Source of the DNA: Podarcis bocagei
Lineage: Eukaryota
Assembly: GCA_964188305.1 (NCBI GenBank)
Contig: OZ076887.1
Reading direction: 5' to 3' (one strand)
Length of the DNA: 64,000 nt
The position numbers were made by a program, and so were the translations under genes. This document shows positions 46,501 to 61,199 of this stretch, one piece after another; the first letter of the stretch is position 1; the number at the start of each line of letters is the position of its first letter. A model generated the notes under the pieces. The model was given only the letters and a program-made list of their open reading frames with translations, was not told the DNA's origin and searched no databases.

Positions 46501-48620
46501 CCCCCTTACATTCTTGTTGTTATTATCTAGGGGGTCACTCAAATCCATAAGAAGAGAGGAGCATACTTAAAATAAATATGTGAGTGTTTTTAATTATTAC
46601 AGTACTCTTGTTTCAAGAATATTCTAGAACTGAGAGCAAGGAGCTCCATTTACCATCAGGCTGCACTGCTGGGGCTCTTCCTTTTCCACAGCAATTCTGC
46701 CTTTTGGGAGACTTTCTTGCGAGAAAGGAGTATTTTTATTTTTTCATTTTGCTCGGTTGGACTCTCTAGTTAGAGCTTTAAAAACCTGCATTGAATGATG
46801 TTTGAAACTTTGTTTCCACATAGACTTTTGTAAAGTCTAAACCTAGGTGGCTGGAGGTGCAATCGTAGGGGCTGGGGAGAAAAAGTATATTGGGCTGGTT
46901 CTGGCTATTGTATCATCGCCATCCTTATAACAATCCTGTTAGGTGGGTATCATTATCTTCATATTGGGGAATGAGCCTGAGGAAGAGTGGCTTTCCTAAA
47001 GCCACCCAGTGAATTCATGGCAGAGGCCAGATTTAAGAGGTTGGACAAGAAGTGTTCATATTGAATCCCACCAAATGTTCAGTGAATGCATGGGGGGGCA
47101 GGATTTCCACCTTCTGTTCAGCATTAGTGGGAAAGGAGCTCAAGTAAACATTGACTGTGAGAGAGTGCTCATGTGAACACCCTCCAATGTGTGGGGCTTT
47201 GAACCCATATGTATTTTCCCTTACCAACCTGCCCATTTATTAAGATTTGAGGAAGAAGCTCTCCTGGTTATTCCCATGTTAAATGTACTCACTAGAGGCT
47301 AGCCTTTTTTTGTGCTGGCTCCATGTCTGTGGAATGACCTCCCCACCAACTTTGCATTTTTTCAGACACCTGGTATAATAAACCCACCTTTTCCTGCTGG
47401 CTTCTGGTGGCAGATGGGTTACGGTAAGTTATTTGAACTGCTTTTAAATTATGCTATTTGTGTAATTTATGAGAATTGTTTTGTTTAGTAGGTATTACGG
47501 TATGTTTTATTATCTTTCTTTTTTTTTGTAAACCACCCCATTACCATTTTTTGTGAGGAACGGTATAGAAACCTCTAAATAAATGAATGACTAAGTCCAA
47601 TTTTATTCAAGTCAGCAGCACCTGGAGGTCCTTGAACCAAAACCCCTGAATTTGGGTTGGCAGACAATAGTGGACTGTGGTGGTGGTGACAAGTGTAGTG
47701 TCTCAGTATGAGCAGTGAACCAAGTAGTCTTTGCTTCAAAGCTCACTTTAACCTTGAATTTGCTAGGTAGGTCTAGATCTGCCAGCTGTTCTCTTGGCCT
47801 CATCTCCCTATACGCAGCATGGAAATCATAATATTACCTTATACTATAATACTTATAGGGTTGTTGTAAGGGCTGCTAGGATGATGCACTATGTGTACTT
47901 GAAATATGCTTGCTACCTGAATGCTAGGTGCCACAGTATTCTTGCATTATGTGTGCCATTTCATGTTATTTTTGCTGCCATGAACCTTTGCAACCTTGCC
48001 TGGGATTAAGGTCTGTCTGAACCAAGTTCATGATTTGAAGTATGATGTTTCTACAATCTGAAAGCAGCTGGAGGCTGTGGCCCTGTGCAAGCGTCCCTTG
48101 GAGTAAGTCCCATTAAATTCAGGAAGACTTCTGGCAACATGCATAAGATGGGGCTGAAAGATTGCAGAATAGTGGTAGAGAACTCACTACATGGAGCAGA
48201 TCCAGGGTTTCCCATTTCTGATTTATTTTTGGTTAATAAATAATGGGAAAATCTGTAGCATTTTCTCAATCTAGCAAAAGCTGGGCTAAAATAAAATGCA
48301 TTTTGGGGGAACGCAGCAGGCTCAAAGCTAAAACCCAGCTGAGGCTCCCAGTGGTGTTTTTGAAGCATAGTATGCAGAGAGGGGCATAAAAAGAAATACA
48401 GTTTTGCTTCAGACACTATTCTTGTTTGTTTAGCTGAGTGTAAATGCAATTTAAAAATGCATAGAGGTTTGAATGCAGCCCATCTGTCATGGCTTTCGAT
48501 AGGACGAAATATCCATCAATCCTGCAGAACAAAATTTCTGCCTTAGAAAAGTACATATTGATTCAAGGGTGACGGAGAACTCCCTTACCATCCCTTGTAA
48601 AACACACACACACACACTTT

Positions 48621-48702
48621 ACAGTGCAATCCTATACATGTATGTTCCAAGGTAAACCCCAAGTTCAGTGGGACTTACTCATGTGTGTATAGGATTGCAG
48701 CC
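48621..48702. mobile_element. Short palindromic MITE (TGCAATCCTAT…ATAGGATTGCA); related copies at about 48071-48156, 51934-51988, 55421-55506 and 56811-56890
   Basis: Terminal inverted repeats and GAGTAAGYCCC core shared among copies. Confidence 0.65.
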
Positions 48703-51683
48703 ATTGTGTCCTATCCTGGGATGGGGTGGGAATGAGAAGAGCAGGACTCTCTTGTACTTCTTCCTGTGTTGCAACAATTCTAAAAGGGACCGCTTCTACA
48801 GCTGTAGAAATGATTAATGGTCTAATTTGGTTGTTTCTGTCACTGCCTCTTTAGGAGTCAGCAAACACTATGTTCATCTAGCCCAATTCTTTCCAGGTCA
48901 GCCCCAAAGTGGAACCTTTGCCCTTTGCCTGGGGATAACATGGCTCCTGTTGTTGAAATGTGTTTTTCAAAGTTATTCAAGTTACTGTTCATTCCATGAC
49001 ATACTAGTAAATAAATAGGTGGTGGAGGTATAGAGGTGATTGTTGCTGTTTTGGTGCTGGGGAATACTTGCCTCTTTCTGTCTTGATTCTTGAATAATAG
49101 CTTGCAATTTTGTGGTGCGCAAGGACTGCAAATCCTGTATTTAAAAATGTATATATATACGACATGAAAAATGACTAAATATCCTCTGTGCGTTGGCAAC
49201 AGCCTTCCAATGGCTGGTGTTTTAATACAGGTAGTGGAAGCTGTATAAATAGATCTGAGTGAGAAGAGGGGTGAGCAGAAGGATGTGTGATGGGATTGTT
49301 TTTATTGCCCTTTATATGTTTTTTTACAAAGCCAATATTCTGCCTAGTCTTCCCAGTGGTGTTGATAGAGTTGGAACTTTGGCTCAAAGCCCTGGGCCTT
49401 AGAGTCTGGAGGCCTTCCAAATGACTACCCAGAGAACAGTAGTTTATGAGGGCAGCAGCAAACAGGTCTGACACCAGCATTGGGTCTGTCTGAGGCTTAC
49501 TAGGACTGACACTGGTCACTGTAGAATCCTTTCTTCAATTCTATTCAGGGATCAGCTGGTCAGGAATGCACATTGTTACAGAAGTTTATTTTTTAATTTT
49601 TTTACCCTAAATACATGTTGCCTTTTACTAATATAAAATGGTGTTAATTCCTAAGAGTTGTACTCAAGAGTACACACCTGTCAAAATTAATGGTCCTAAG
49701 TTAGTCATGTCTTAATCATTTTTAGTGGATCTACTATTAAAATTGGGCCCAACCCAAAGTGAATGTGTTTAACATCAGGCCAGCTGAAGCAAACTTTATT
49801 TTTGTTTATTTCTGGAGTCATGATGATGCTATGATTTAAGTGAGCTTAAAACGTGAAATTACACATGCTCAGAGTGCCCCCTTTTTTAAAAAAATAAGGG
49901 CTGAGAAACTATTCTGTGGTGGTGCTTTTTTAAAATTTTTATTATTATTATTATTAAAATTTGTATACTGCCCTATACCCGCAGGTCTCAGGACAGTTCA
50001 TAGGATAAAATCACAATATAAAAACACAGAATACTTAATCAAAATACAGAACACGTAATCAAAATAAAAACAAGAACAATTATACCCACATGTAGTGTAA
50101 CACCAAAATGGGCTGCACATTCAAATTCCCTTTGGATCTGGTAGAAATGCACACAAAACTACAAAATTGTGAAGTTTATTAAGAGTTAAACTGAAATAAC
50201 AGGATGAATGGAGGGGGCAGAAGGTTGTTTCAAAAAAATTAAAACAGTTTAGTCCGAGCCTATCTTTCCTCCTGCAGCTGCTTGCAATCAGCTTTGGGTC
50301 TTCCAGTGAGGTGGGGGACAAGGGATGGTATGGCAACAGTTCCCTTTTAAGAATTTCTGACCCAGGTGGGTCTTGATAGACAGCTGGCGTTGTCCAGGTA
50401 ATCGCAATGCAGCCAGGTAGCTGGGAGAATGCCCAGGGGTCAGAGGCTGAAACATTCAATGTGACAGAAGACTGGAGATGGGCCATCAAGGAAGAAATAC
50501 GGCCATTCCTCAGCTCTTAGCTGTGACTCCTTCAGGAAGACCAAATGAAGAACAAAAGATATGCCAATCTTCAAGTGGCAGGGGACCAAAAATGAGACCT
50601 GCGCCACAGGCAGGAGTGTGTGAATCCTTACCACCTAGCCAACAGGGTAGGTGAAGCATTTCAATCAGTTCAGGGCAGATGCTGTAATTATCTTTCTGCA
50701 CTACAATCCCCTGTTCTTATAACTGTTTTGTGTTTGTGTGCTCTTCCGCTTCTGCTTTCCTCCTGTAATCTCGCCTGCGGCCAGCTAGCCCTAGCCATTT
50801 AGGTCCAGGAAAGAGTCTGATCACTGATTATTAAGTCTTGGGAGGCATTAACTCAAATACAGTTGCATTCCCAATATGGCTTGCCCAAGGCTATGTGCAT
50901 TCAGTGTGTCCAACGAGTATGGGAATGGCAGAAAACGCTATCAGAGTCCTGCAGGCTGGATGGCACTGCTCTTGATGTCTTCTCCAAGTGACATAAATAT
51001 ACAGAAGCCCCATGAACTCAGTCCCTGGTTTGTCTCTGTGTCACCTTCCATGCTTCCACCTTGACAGCTATGCACAGATTTCCGAAACAGCTTGAGATTA
51101 CAGAATTAATTAGAATTAAATTAATCAGTACACCCACCACAAGGCTGCCTGGTTCCACGAAATGAGCAATTCTCTTAAGACGTGTTTCCACAGCCAGGGC
51201 TGATGCTCATCACGCTTGTCAACACACACTTCTCATTTTGATGAGGTTTTGTCTCTTGCATGTTTGGAATGTGGTGAGCACTGAAAGCTTCTAAAAAAGA
51301 TATATGGCAGGGATGGCCGTCCTTGTATTTCAGTGGGAGTGGGACACACATCATGTTAGGAGGGGGACAATTTAAGGAATCAGAAGTATGGGCGTATGAT
51401 GAATATGCATCTGTTTTTGTCTGGGACTCATCTGTGGGCGCTGCATATTCACTACTGATGTGCCTTCTGGAGGGAAGCCTCTGGATCCTCCAGAACAGAT
51501 GAGTAACAACTTCACAAACGCCAAGGTTGCAGATTCAATCCCTGTAAGGGACAGGTGCAAATCCCTGCATTGCAGGGGTTGGACTAGATGATCATCAGGA
51601 TCCCTTCCAACCCCACAATTCTATGATTCTGTGTCCAGGAAGACCCTTACGTCAGCTCTGAACATTGTTCATGAGCCTCAGAG

Positions 51684-51840
51684 TACACACCATACACTGA
51701 AAGCACATGTTTTCCCCCAAAGAAATCTGGGAACTATATTTCATGGAGGGTTCTGGAAATTGTAGTTCTGTGAGAGGTCAGCTACAGTTCCCAGAATTCT
51801 TTGGGGGATATCACATATTTTAAAAGTATGGTATATATGC
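51684..51840. mobile_element. Palindromic MITE family (related copies at about 38342-38460 and 44221-44377), possibly Harbinger-type
   Basis: CACCATAC…AAAGCACAT…GGGAACT / AGTTCCCAG.ATTCTTTGGGG…TATGG inverted arms shared by the three copies. Confidence 0.65.
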
Positions 51841-54800
51841 AGCATGGAAGAAAACCATTGCTGGTGTGGCATGTACGTTTTGTTCAGTGAGGGATTTTCA
51901 TGTGAATTGCAAATGCGGGAAAATGTTTTTCTTAGGCTGCAATCTTCTGGACAATTAACTCTGAATAAACATGTTTAGGACTGAGCTGTTTGAATGACTT
52001 CGGCTATATACAAAAGTGCAGAAAATATACCTAATATATGTATAATATATACCAAATAGGATGAGGATGACCAGATAAGCAAGGGAGTTTCAATTTGCCA
52101 GTCTCAAGCCTTCCTTGCTTCATAGAAGCAAGGACAAATGGTCTGTCTAATAAAAGAAACAGCTCGGTGTCTTCAATCAAGTATGTGAATAAGGTAACCT
52201 ATATTGGTATGTGATTAATTCTCCCACAAATGACCACTGGCACTGTCTATTAAGTCAAATACTGAAGTAAAATCCACGAAAGCCACATAAAAGCTTCCAC
52301 CCATCTCAGACTTTTGTGAATCAAATGGATGAACACGAAGCAGTGATCAGTTGTGCTTCTTCCTTGCCAAAAATCCAGCATAGCAACCCCTTGTCCAATT
52401 TATGCAAAAATAATCAGCTACCGGTTCCTTCTCTCCATGCCAGGCCCTCTCATATGTGGATCCCATGAACAGCAAGTGATAAAACTGTTCCCGGACATTG
52501 CCGCTTTAGGCAGCAGGCTGGCTAAATGAATACCCCTCCATATGAAATCTTGTTTATTATTAATATTCCCGTAGGTAGAAAAAACAGATGTCACAAAGAA
52601 AAGTTATAGGCTAGGCTTGTGCCTAATAACACTAGTTTTGGATATGCAGGTTTCCTCACCCCACCCCAGCTCCCCCACCAAGAAGCATTGAAATCTGAGG
52701 TTTGCGCTTGAAGTGATAAGAGTCCAGGAATCACCGTGACACCTCCCCTACTTTTGGTGGAAGAAGCCTTGGTGTGGTGTGAGAGGAGTACGGCAAATTG
52801 GAGGACCAGAAGGGGCTTCTGCACACCAAAGCCCCCTCTGCAAATGCAAAGTGACAGCTTTTTGCAAACCCAGGGTAGTTTTGTATTTCCTAAATGGGCC
52901 GAGTGATTACATCCTTCCAGGTCTCTTTGCTGAGCTCCATGGGAACGCATGGCTCGGCGCTTCCAGCTGCCTCTGATCAAGAAGTTAGTAGGGAGCCTGA
53001 AAATAGCATATTTCTCCTGATATCATTTCTCCAGCTCAGGATGACTACTACCAGAATGATCAACAGCGACAAACGTGCTGGAAAATGGGAACCTGGCGAA
53101 GAATGTTAATGCCCTCCAGTCCATGAAGCCATGGCAGGCTGAAATTTCACCTCCACCACCCACATGCACACTGACAGATCATTATCCATATGCCTGCTTG
53201 TGAAATTAATTGAGAAAATCCCCCAGCTAGCACCCTGCCAGAGCCCTAATGGAAAAACTCTCTTCTCAGTCAAGCCTGCAAGTAATAGGAAATAATCTAG
53301 ACAAACCTCCAGCCACTCTAGGCCCAGTCCTTATCTAACTAACTTGATTCTTGAGCAATTCTTCTTTCTATTATCTCTGTGCACTTACTAGAATAAGCTG
53401 CATGGGCATAAATAGATCAATACACTGGGAGATGATGGATATAGAATGTGCATTGTATGCTGTGTGGATCCTCCCTATCTCATCCTCTCACTGTATCCAT
53501 ACGAGTATGCTAACTAAAAACCTATTTATCTGGCCCACCACCCATTTTCTGGGAGACAGCATGGTCTTGTGAATTTTTTATGGCTTCGCTTAGGTTGGAG
53601 ACAATCCAAAGGTCAAACTCCACGCTATGCCTCCAGTCACCTTGCCAGTAAGCACAGATCATAGGGCTACGGTACTTTCTGAATCCCTGATCACCTACAG
53701 GGCACTAAATTACTGCTATTACGCTGCAATTTGCAGTACAATATTACTCTTTGATGCACTACCTGCCTTTGTCTGTCTGCATAGCGGTGAGGACTGTATG
53801 CATTATTTACCAGGCTAAGCACACTGCTGCGGCTGCTGCAGCTTGCTACGGCACAAACGAGGAGAACTGGAAACTGGTTTTGAAAGCGTAAGGGAAAACA
53901 AGACATGGCGACTTGGCATTGCATCCTATTCAAAAATAGAATGCATCATTTCTGCAGCTGGCCTGTCCCAGCAAGGGTGTGCCTGCTGGGACTTCTGGGA
54001 GTCATGGTGGCAAGCATCTGGAGGGCACCAGGTTAGCAAAGGCTGATAAATGGTGGGTGATAATCTTTCTCCTGGAGGAGTTTCCTTCCAAACCATTGGA
54101 TGCCCTTTGGGACAACCAAAGAAGACCCTGAATTCAATACAGAACACACTCAAGGCTTTGCTCATCTCCTGTACCCCACTGGGACCAAACTCGGGGAGTT
54201 CAGGCAAAGCCCAAAGAATGACTTAAAAGGCCTGCAGTGACTTATCTAGTGGGTAGGAGAGCTGGGAGGGGGGGGGAAATATCACATCTGGCAACCAATG
54301 CACCCCTATTTCGGATAGTACATGGGTAGATAGGTTTTAAACACCTAGGACCCAAATTTTCATGCCCCCTCTAGCAACTATGGTAGCTCATTTACCAGAA
54401 GTAATTTAGCATTAACCCTGGAAGTGTATACTGTACTCGATTCTGACCAAACTTAGCCTCCAGAGTTCATGCTAAATGCATTAACACCCCCAAGATAGTC
54501 TTGCTTCTCTCAGCCACAGCCTTGGAGTCAAACAGGAATCAGGCATGACTCTGTTTCTTCCAGGTTTCAACCTGCAGCTTTGCTTCTAGCTTGCACACAC
54601 AGTTCCCCACTCTGACCTTTGTCTTTCTAACTACATTTCCCTGTCACTTTCCTTTTTGCAAAGAGTCCAGTAATGTGAGGAATCAGGTTTGTTCAGCAGT
54701 CAACTATAATTGCTCAACCTGAATTGGCTGGTTTGTGATTGAACCACATCTGCAAATAGACACTCTGGAATCCCCCCCCCCCATTTGTTTCAGATTCATG

Positions 54801-57800
54801 GTTGTCTATTGCTTGTTTTGCTGTTTTGTATTGCTCATTCATTGTTTTGTTTTGCTTGCTTTGTTGGATGGAAGTAAACAGGCTTCTGCACTGGGCTGGC
54901 ACCAGGGGTAGGGATTGCTGGGCCACCTCCCAAGGCCCACGCTTCTGCAAGGAAGCAATTGTCAGTCTCTGCTGCACCCTAGTCCTGCAGTTTTTTCTTC
55001 TTGCTATCGTCGGTTCACCTGCCCTCTCCAAGTAATTACAGTGATAGAATGCTGCTCAGTTGACATTAATTAATTTAATAAAAGCATTTTTAATCCACTC
55101 TTCAGCAGAAAAGGCTCCCATATTTATTTATTTTTAAAGGGGGGGAAACTTCCTTCCTGCTCCCGGGGTTGCAATCAAAAAGCCAAAACACAAAAAGAAA
55201 AAAAAGATGGGGAGGGAGAGTTTAAAAAGCAGATTCAGGCAACAGTTCTAAAGATGCATAGTTCTTATAACAACCCACTGGGATGGAAACAGTTCAGCGA
55301 GAGGAGGAACGAAAAGGAGCTGGCAACTCAATATGGCCGATGGCGTGGCCCTGCTTCTCTTTTCCTGCTTCAGCCTGATGGAATTGCTGCCACTAGGTGA
55401 TAGCAGCCTGCTGGAAACCTAGGCTGCAATCCTAACCCCATGTTCCTGTGAGTAAGCCCCACTAAATTCAACAGGACTTCTAAATTGACATAGGTAAAGG
55501 TGCAGCGTAAGTAACCATCCTGGCTTTGCTGCCTGAACGAGTCTGCAAAAATGGGCTAGGGGACAGAGTTGTCAAGCCCCTGACAGGCCACAACAGCTAG
55601 TGAATTGCATTTGGCTTGAGTGAAAGAGGAGGTCACGAATTGTGCAAGTCTGTTTTTACCAGAGCAGCCTGTGGGTCCCAGTGTGCTAAAGGCATTTATT
55701 TGGATTCATTAAGTTCTCTCCACACATATACGGCAGCCAGACCTTATCAGTGCATACATAGACAAGGCCATTCTGATATGTGCTTTTGATTCCTCGTGAT
55801 GCTATTGCAATGCTAGAGCGTTCAAACGGCTTTGTACCAAACCAGTTAATCAGAGGGGAGCAAAGTAATATACAGAGACACAAGTACATAGAGTTCAGCG
55901 GGCTCCATCTTCCGTGGTTTAGAATCCAGTTCACGGATAAGATAATGTTTCCTCACTAGCTGATTGTCAGGGGAGAGTAGAGTAGGAGGCAGAGTTGTTA
56001 TTATTGTAGAGAGCCTGAGAGTGGAATTGGCTGGCACTTCAAGAGGCTGTACTGTTGTTTTCCCTGCTCCAGGCTGTGTTTGAGGGATTTGCTTGCTCTT
56101 TCTCCAACAGGATTCCTTGGCCCCATTATTGTTCCACCTCAGGAAGCAGATTGCTGGTTGCTTTTCCAGCTCATCCCCCAAAGCAGTCCTTAAAGGAGAT
56201 GGGTTTCTGATTGAAATACTCCCCGTCAATTGCTGTAGAGATTCATCTGAAAGAGCATGAGCACCCTGCGGGTGAAATTGCCCAAAAAGAGGGGGGTGGG
56301 CTTTCCCCAGGCCTCAGGCTTCCTCTGCCATCCACATGGCATCTGTGCAATGATGTATCTCCTCTGCGCTCACACCCTCTCTTCCATATGCTTTCTTGAC
56401 TCACCCCTGAAAGCCTTCTCAGCAGTGGCCCCTTGCTTATGGAGTGCCAACCCAGGAGGGCTTCGTCTGGCGCTCACTTTAATGCCATTTAATGCTAACG
56501 CCTTTTTATTTAAAATTCCATGCTCCTAATGGCTGGTTTTATGATACGTGTTATTTTTTACTTTTTAATGTGATTGTTTTGTTAGTGCTGCTGTTTGTAT
56601 CTGTGTGGAATTGTGATCTAATACTGTTTTTATTATGTCCGATCATCATTCAGAGAACAATTAGTATAGGGTAGCTATTATAAAGAGGACCTGAGCAATC
56701 CCAAAGTAGTGGTGGTGGAGGAACTGCCCCTTCCTAAGGCCTGCCAGCTCACTCAGCCAGGGTGAAAGGTGGCGCTGCTGAATAGATGCTGTAGCAGCCT
56801 GCTGGAAACGTAGGATGCAATCCTAAACCCACAGACCTGTGAGCAAGCCCCACTGAATTCAACAAGACCGAACTTCTGAGTGGAGCTGCAGATTTATGTT
56901 ATCTGTATTAACATCCCTCTTTGGCAATGTCTCTTCAGTCACCTTGCTCAGCCTGTAGAAGCCTCAACTTATAAGGATAAGGGTGGGATGGGGTCCAAAA
57001 CAAAAGCTGGAGTTCCTCAAGGCGCCAAATGAAAAAAGAATGAGAGCTGGATCTTAGACCTGGGAGTTTCCAAACTCAGGAAATGCTTGGCGGGGAAAAC
57101 CCACTGTTTGTGATTCTTGATATGTCCAAATGAGCCCAAGGGCACTTCCAGATGGCCGCTATTATCAGGTGGGATTCTATAACATACCGGCAAATTCAGG
57201 TTGTGCAATTAAAGTTGATCTGGAGGTCTTACACAACAAACCTGCTGCCCCCGAAAGATTGGCCACTTTGCAATAAAGAAAGTGATGGGGCTATACATTA
57301 GAACACTGTACACTTGCTTGACGCGGCATCGTGTAACATCCAGGCAAACAAATCAGAATGATGCTCAGTAAACAAGTCATCTGTAAGCATCCCAATTTTC
57401 CACTGCTGGCTCAGGGACTGAGACCATCTAGGAGTCTGTATGGCACACATTTAGGCACAGATGCCTGTCCCTTATTGTTTCGGAGTGTCTTTTTCCAGTC
57501 AGGCCTTATGCTGCAAATGTGGCATAAGCAAACTACAGGGACACATTGGCATGGAAGGCAAGAGGTAGTGACAAAAGGTCCCTGTGTGCAAGGCACACAT
57601 TTTATTTTCTAATTTGGGATTGAAGCTCTGAAAGGCACAAGCTAGTAGGGTTTGAATGCATCATAATGACATACAAATGAGCTCTCCTGTGCCAAAGCTT
57701 TGCAACCCAAAGAAAGGACAACAATGAGCCAAGCTAGTTAGCTTCAGCCTCCAATGGCCAGTCCTTGAAATGACATTAAGAGCCCTGCTGAGGTTGGGGG

Positions 57801-60250
57801 AGCTGTCAAGGCTTGGTGGCAAACAGAGTGCAACAGCAGGGAAGCAGCACAGAAATGCGCAACAAGAGCATCAAGGCAGACCCAGCGGCTTTGTGTTCAG
57901 ATCTGGATCCAGACTGATTGGGCCTGTCAGGGTTTCCTTGCCAAGCAGAAAGGAGCAAATGCTCTTCGGCTCTGTGGTGCCTGCATGCTGCGCTAGCATC
58001 TCCATCTTTCCCCATTCTGGTCATGTCTGAGCTGCCAGGTTCGTGCGTAGCTGTTGCTTCTCTTGCTGAACTGGCCAACAAGCCCACCTGCTTCAAAGGC
58101 AATTCAGGCCCCAGCTTCCAAGGTGGCAACAGCGAATTCAAATTGGAAAGCTCTTGGGCTTGGAGCTCAAAACTCCGCTTTCAGGTTTCAATGTGCTGGA
58201 GGTTAATGAGAAAAAGCATAGCCAAAAATGAACAAATGTAGCAGTTGGCTGTTCCCAAACTGCTGAAGATGTGCAGAGGACTGAACATTTCCCAAAAGGA
58301 TATCTGAATTCCACAGGATGTAAGGTGGAGAACCATTTTCAGCCCAAGGCAGTGCAAGCTTCTCCATTTGGCCAAACATGGCTCTACCCTGCCAACCGCA
58401 GTCTGCCCTTGGTGGAACCGCAGTCTGCCTGCCTTCTTACTTGCATCCAGTCCAGGGTGTGGCACTCGAAATGTATATGGCCTCTCTTTTTAAGAGACAT
58501 GTGTGATGTGTAGTTGAAACTCCCCTCTCCTTTCTGCACATGGCTGCCTCCATAAGTCAGTAGGAACCTTAGTTTTGCCTTTGTAGCAGCTAGCAACTAA
58601 CTTAGGTGTTGTGTTGCTGTTCATACGTAAGAAAAACAACTATTGAGTTCCCCTGACTCTTGCTGCTGTTTGGGCAGACCCAATGCAAGATTTCCTCACA
58701 CAGTGAGTACCTTTCCCAAACCTAAGGGATACTATAGCACTAGCTATTAGCTTCCTTCTCTGTAGTCTTAGAGTTCCCATTATCAGAACACAGTAGGGGG
58801 GGTGGATGAGGGCCAGACTAGAATTAGTTGGCTCTGGTTCCCCATTCTGTTGGCCTCCTCTCTGCCTTGCACCCTATTAGACCTAATGGGCACCACCCAA
58901 ATTGCCATTTGCTCCAACTGAGTTCTAAGAGCGGTTTGTCTTCAGGGAAAAGTAGCGGGACAAGGGGAAGTGTGGATAAGCCCTGTGTGTTTTGTGAAGA
59001 AGTACTTTTATTTTGTCTGTCCTGAATCGTCCAACATTCATCTTCGTTGTATGGCCCTGAGATCTAATACTATGGGAAAGGGAGTAAAACTTCTCCCTAT
59101 CCACTTTTTCCACACCGTGCATAATTTTTCATTCTACTGCCCGTTCCTGAAAGCTCACGGTGGCATTCAGTTCCTGGTACAAAAGGTTTCCCAGCAAGAG
59201 TGCTTTGTGCGAAGCAGCTGAGTCTAGGACTGTTTGTTTAATTGCATGTGCTTAAGAAAGGATCCCCCTCCAACTCTGAATTTATTAAGCTGTAGAGCTG
59301 GCTTTTAAATTATTGAGAGCAATCTTTTTAATAGCTTCTGTTATAGCCCTTGAGTAGTTGCCAGCATCACAAGCAGCAGGGACACAAATATGCTGTTAGA
59401 ACACCCTGCAGACGGACAATCTGGCAGCGGAGCAAGCTTGGAACAGCCATCAGTAGAAAACAAGCAAATGTCCCAGTGTCTGGAGACATTTTGGTTTCCC
59501 TTGTTCCTTTCTCACCTTGCCTTAGCTAACGCCTGGGCACAAAATGAAGTACTCCCCTCCACTGCTCCACTTGGAGGAGGCAATAACCTGCCTCTGTATG
59601 CAGGATGTCACAATTGGGCAATTTTGGCTCTGGAAGCAAAGATTCCAGCTCCTTGCTAGCATCCCCTGCATTTAATGAACCAGAGAGGAAGGTATTACTA
59701 CTAGGGAATGCACATCAACCCTTCAGCCTGAGGCTTGGGGTTTTCTAGCAGATGCCAGGAATCATGCTAGTTTTCTGCCGTGTAATCTCCTGGGTGTTAA
59801 TAGTGTGCCTTTTTCTATGTGCCAGTTCATATTTCTCTCCTTTTAAAAAATCCATGTTGAAGCCAGTCTTGAGTTTCCAATTATCTTGTTATTCTTGTGC
59901 ATTGTAGAGACCATGTGGATGTCTCACAGCACGCCTAAGTGACAACTCAGCTTTTCCTGGATCAGCAACCTTTTCCAAATATGTTTCTAGCATCATAAGT
60001 GGCTGCAACCCAATTGCAGAGCACAGACCTGGATTGTGTAAGGTTCTATGTTCATCTCCTGACACCTCCTGTTAAAGGATCTCAAGGTTAGGAAAGAACC
60101 TTATTATAGTCAATGACCAGGGATGATGGGGATTTGTACACCTGAAAGGACACAGGTTCCCCCTCCTTGACAGTTCTGGGTTTGATAGTCAGACTCAATA
60201 CAAGATATACTGAGAATATAAATATATATTTTGAAAGCATGGTTCTAGAA

Positions 60251-60387
60251 CAGGGGTGTCTGACCTGTGGCTGTCCAGGTGTTGGACTCCAACTCCCATC
60301 AGCCCCAGCCAGCATAGCCAATGGTCAGGGAGGATGGGGATTGTAGTCCAGCAGCACCTGGGAGGGGACACAGATTAGCCATCACTG
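60251..60387. mobile_element. hAT palindromic MITE copy
   Basis: CAGGGG start after TTCTAGAA, same internal motifs. Confidence 0.75.
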
Positions 60388-61199
60388 TCCTGGCAGTGTC
60401 TCAGTGGATTAACTCTATATGTAGTAGCAGTATCCCAGAGTTAAACAATTTTAGAATCAAGTAGAGAGATACATTCATAGGATGACAGGTGCTTTTTGAA
60501 TGTGACGATGGTCATATTGCTTTTTAAAAAAGATTATTTCTTGACTAATTTCTTTCACAGCAGCCAAATTGTAAATAGCAGAAAATGAGAAAATATTAAC
60601 AATTTGTACATGGAAAATAGTACAGTTCTCTAAACTAACTGAAGGTATGAGATTTAGGGACGGGAGACAATTAAAAGCTCAATTTGAGGAAGCGTGGCAA
60701 CCTTTTATTGACTTTTTGAAGGTTGGCTATGAGATTAAAATTAATTACTTCTCTGTTGTATGATGACATAGTCGGTTGAATGGCAGGATATTACTGTATT
60801 AATTATTGCTACTGTTTATGCCTGCTTTGAGTCAACAGTTTGGAGTTTATTTAAAATAGGAATATGTAGGTTAGATTTAGGAACACAGGAACCTGCATTG
60901 TTGCAGTATTATTATCTGTGCAGATTGGCATTGGTTTTCCAAGGTTTCAGGCAGGGGACACTTCCAGCTGGAGATGCTGAGGATTAAACCAGGGACCTTC
61001 TGCATGTGGAGCAGATGCACTACTATTGATAGCTATGTTTCTTCCTTTATATTGTGTATTTATATTGATGTTGTGTATTTATATTTATGATTGTGTGTGT
61101 GTGTGAATTATAGTCCTTGTTTATTTGTATTGAATAAAAATGTACTCTTCCATTTTCTTTACTTCAACAATCCGTAGTAGGGCCTGTGTCATGGTATAG

